Origin: Candidatus Ruthia sp. Plio_17_S18
GTDB lineage: Bacteria > Pseudomonadota > Gammaproteobacteria > PS1 > Pseudothioglobaceae
NCBI GenBank assembly: GCA_021730105.1
Contig: CP072538.1
Location: forward strand, 989,161-1,053,160
Length of the DNA: 64,000 bases
Direction: 5' to 3'
Shown here: positions 63,390 through 64,000 of the stretch, piece by piece
Layout of the letters: every line of letters starts with the position of its first letter
How positions within the stretch are numbered: position 1 is the first letter of the stretch
Program-made: the position numbers and the translations under genes
The notes under the pieces: generated by a model
Seen by the model: the letters and a program-made list of their open reading frames with translations, nothing else
Databases searched by the model: none
Told to the model about the DNA's origin: nothing

Positions 63390-64000
63390 ATGTCTGAAAA
63401 TAAACCTGACCATAAGCCATTATCCAAATTTGAATGTTTAGGATTGTCTAATACTATTTTAAAAGTATTAGATGCCATTGGCTATGAAACGCCTTCTCCT
63501 ATTCAAGAGCAATGCATCACTCATTTACTAAATGGAGAAGACATTATAGGTCAAGCACAAACAGGCACGGGGAAAACAGCAGCATTCGCTCTGCCACTGC
63601 TTGACAAAATTGACTTAAACATTAACGTACCACAATTATTAATCTTAACGCCCACCCGTGAACTTGCCATTCAAGTATCAGAAGCAGTACAAACCTATGC
63701 ACGAGGCATGAAAGGTTTTCATGTGTTGCCTATTTATGGCGGACAATCTTATGACATTCAACTAAGACCACTTAAACGTGGTGTACACGTCATTGTTGGC
63801 ACGCCTGGTCGAGTGATGGATCATATTAAAAAAGGTACTTTAAAACTAGAGCATCTTAAATCCTTCGTGCTAGATGAAGCCGATGAAATGCTCAAAATGG
63901 GCTTTATCGATGATATTAAATGGATCATGCAACGCATTCCTGAACAACGACAAATTGCCCTATTCTCTGCCACCATGCCAAACGTTATCAAAAAAGTGGC
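63390..64000 (+). CDS. deaD: DEAD-box RNA helicase DeaD/CsdA (runs off window)
   Basis: Manual translation: GYETPSPIQ, AQTGTGKTAAF, PTRELAIQV, YGGQSY..Q, GTPGRVMDH, LDEADEML.MGF, FSATMP. Confidence 0.92.
   Translation, partial: MSENKPDHKPLSKFECLGLSNTILKVLDAIGYETPSPIQEQCITHLLNGEDIIGQAQTGTGKTAAFALPLLDKIDLNINVPQLLILTPTRELAIQVSEAVQTYARGMKGFHVLPIYGGQSYDIQLRPLKRGVHVIVGTPGRVMDHIKKGTLKLEHLKSFVLDEADEMLKMGFIDDIKWIMQRIPEQRQIALFSATMPNVIKKV

Noticed and set aside
1-64000. CRISPR array, rRNA, transposase, prophage, reverse transcriptase
   Set aside because: No regularly spaced repeats, rRNA-like stretch, DDE or phage structural motifs, or YxDD reverse-transcriptase ORF found by eye.

Overview
AT-rich gammaproteobacterial chromosome segment. 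Protein style, a DsrC/TusE-family gene and the gene order suggest a SUP05/Thioglobaceae sulfur-oxidising symbiont of the Ruthia/vesicomyid or Bathymodiolus type (inference, not searched). The backbone is intact housekeeping genes: gltD, rplS, xerD, carA-mlaA-carB-greA, thiS, prmA, alaS, glmS-pgi-galU, glnS, surE, clpSA, lptG, guaA, tadA, fabDG, rplU-rpmA, ppiB-lpxH, gcvTH, tRNA-Leu(TAA), recG, ubiC, cmoA, gpsA, rplM-rpsI, eptA and deaD. About 18 pseudogenes or remnants lie among them, which points to ongoing genome reduction. Because the core ORFs are unbroken, the lesions are probably real rather than sequencing error. The main accessory region (about 9.9-13.3 kb) is a decayed island with HicB and RHH/MazF toxin-antitoxin remnants, an XRE regulator and two DUF1566 (C-type-lectin-fold) genes. 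The larger DUF1566 gene is a lipoprotein whose 3' end looks like the variable region of a diversity-generating retroelement (DGR): long NNY-codon runs followed by a hairpin. No reverse transcriptase or template repeat is visible in the window. A surface-glycan locus (about 23.8-35.1 kb) shows a manC::capD deletion scar, two dead O-antigen-ligase-like genes, and an intact core of three glycosyltransferases plus an unknown 246-aa protein. Many frameshifts are exact short tandem duplications (2-20 bp). No CRISPR array, rRNA, transposase or prophage was seen. All family calls come from motif recognition by eye, not from database searches.
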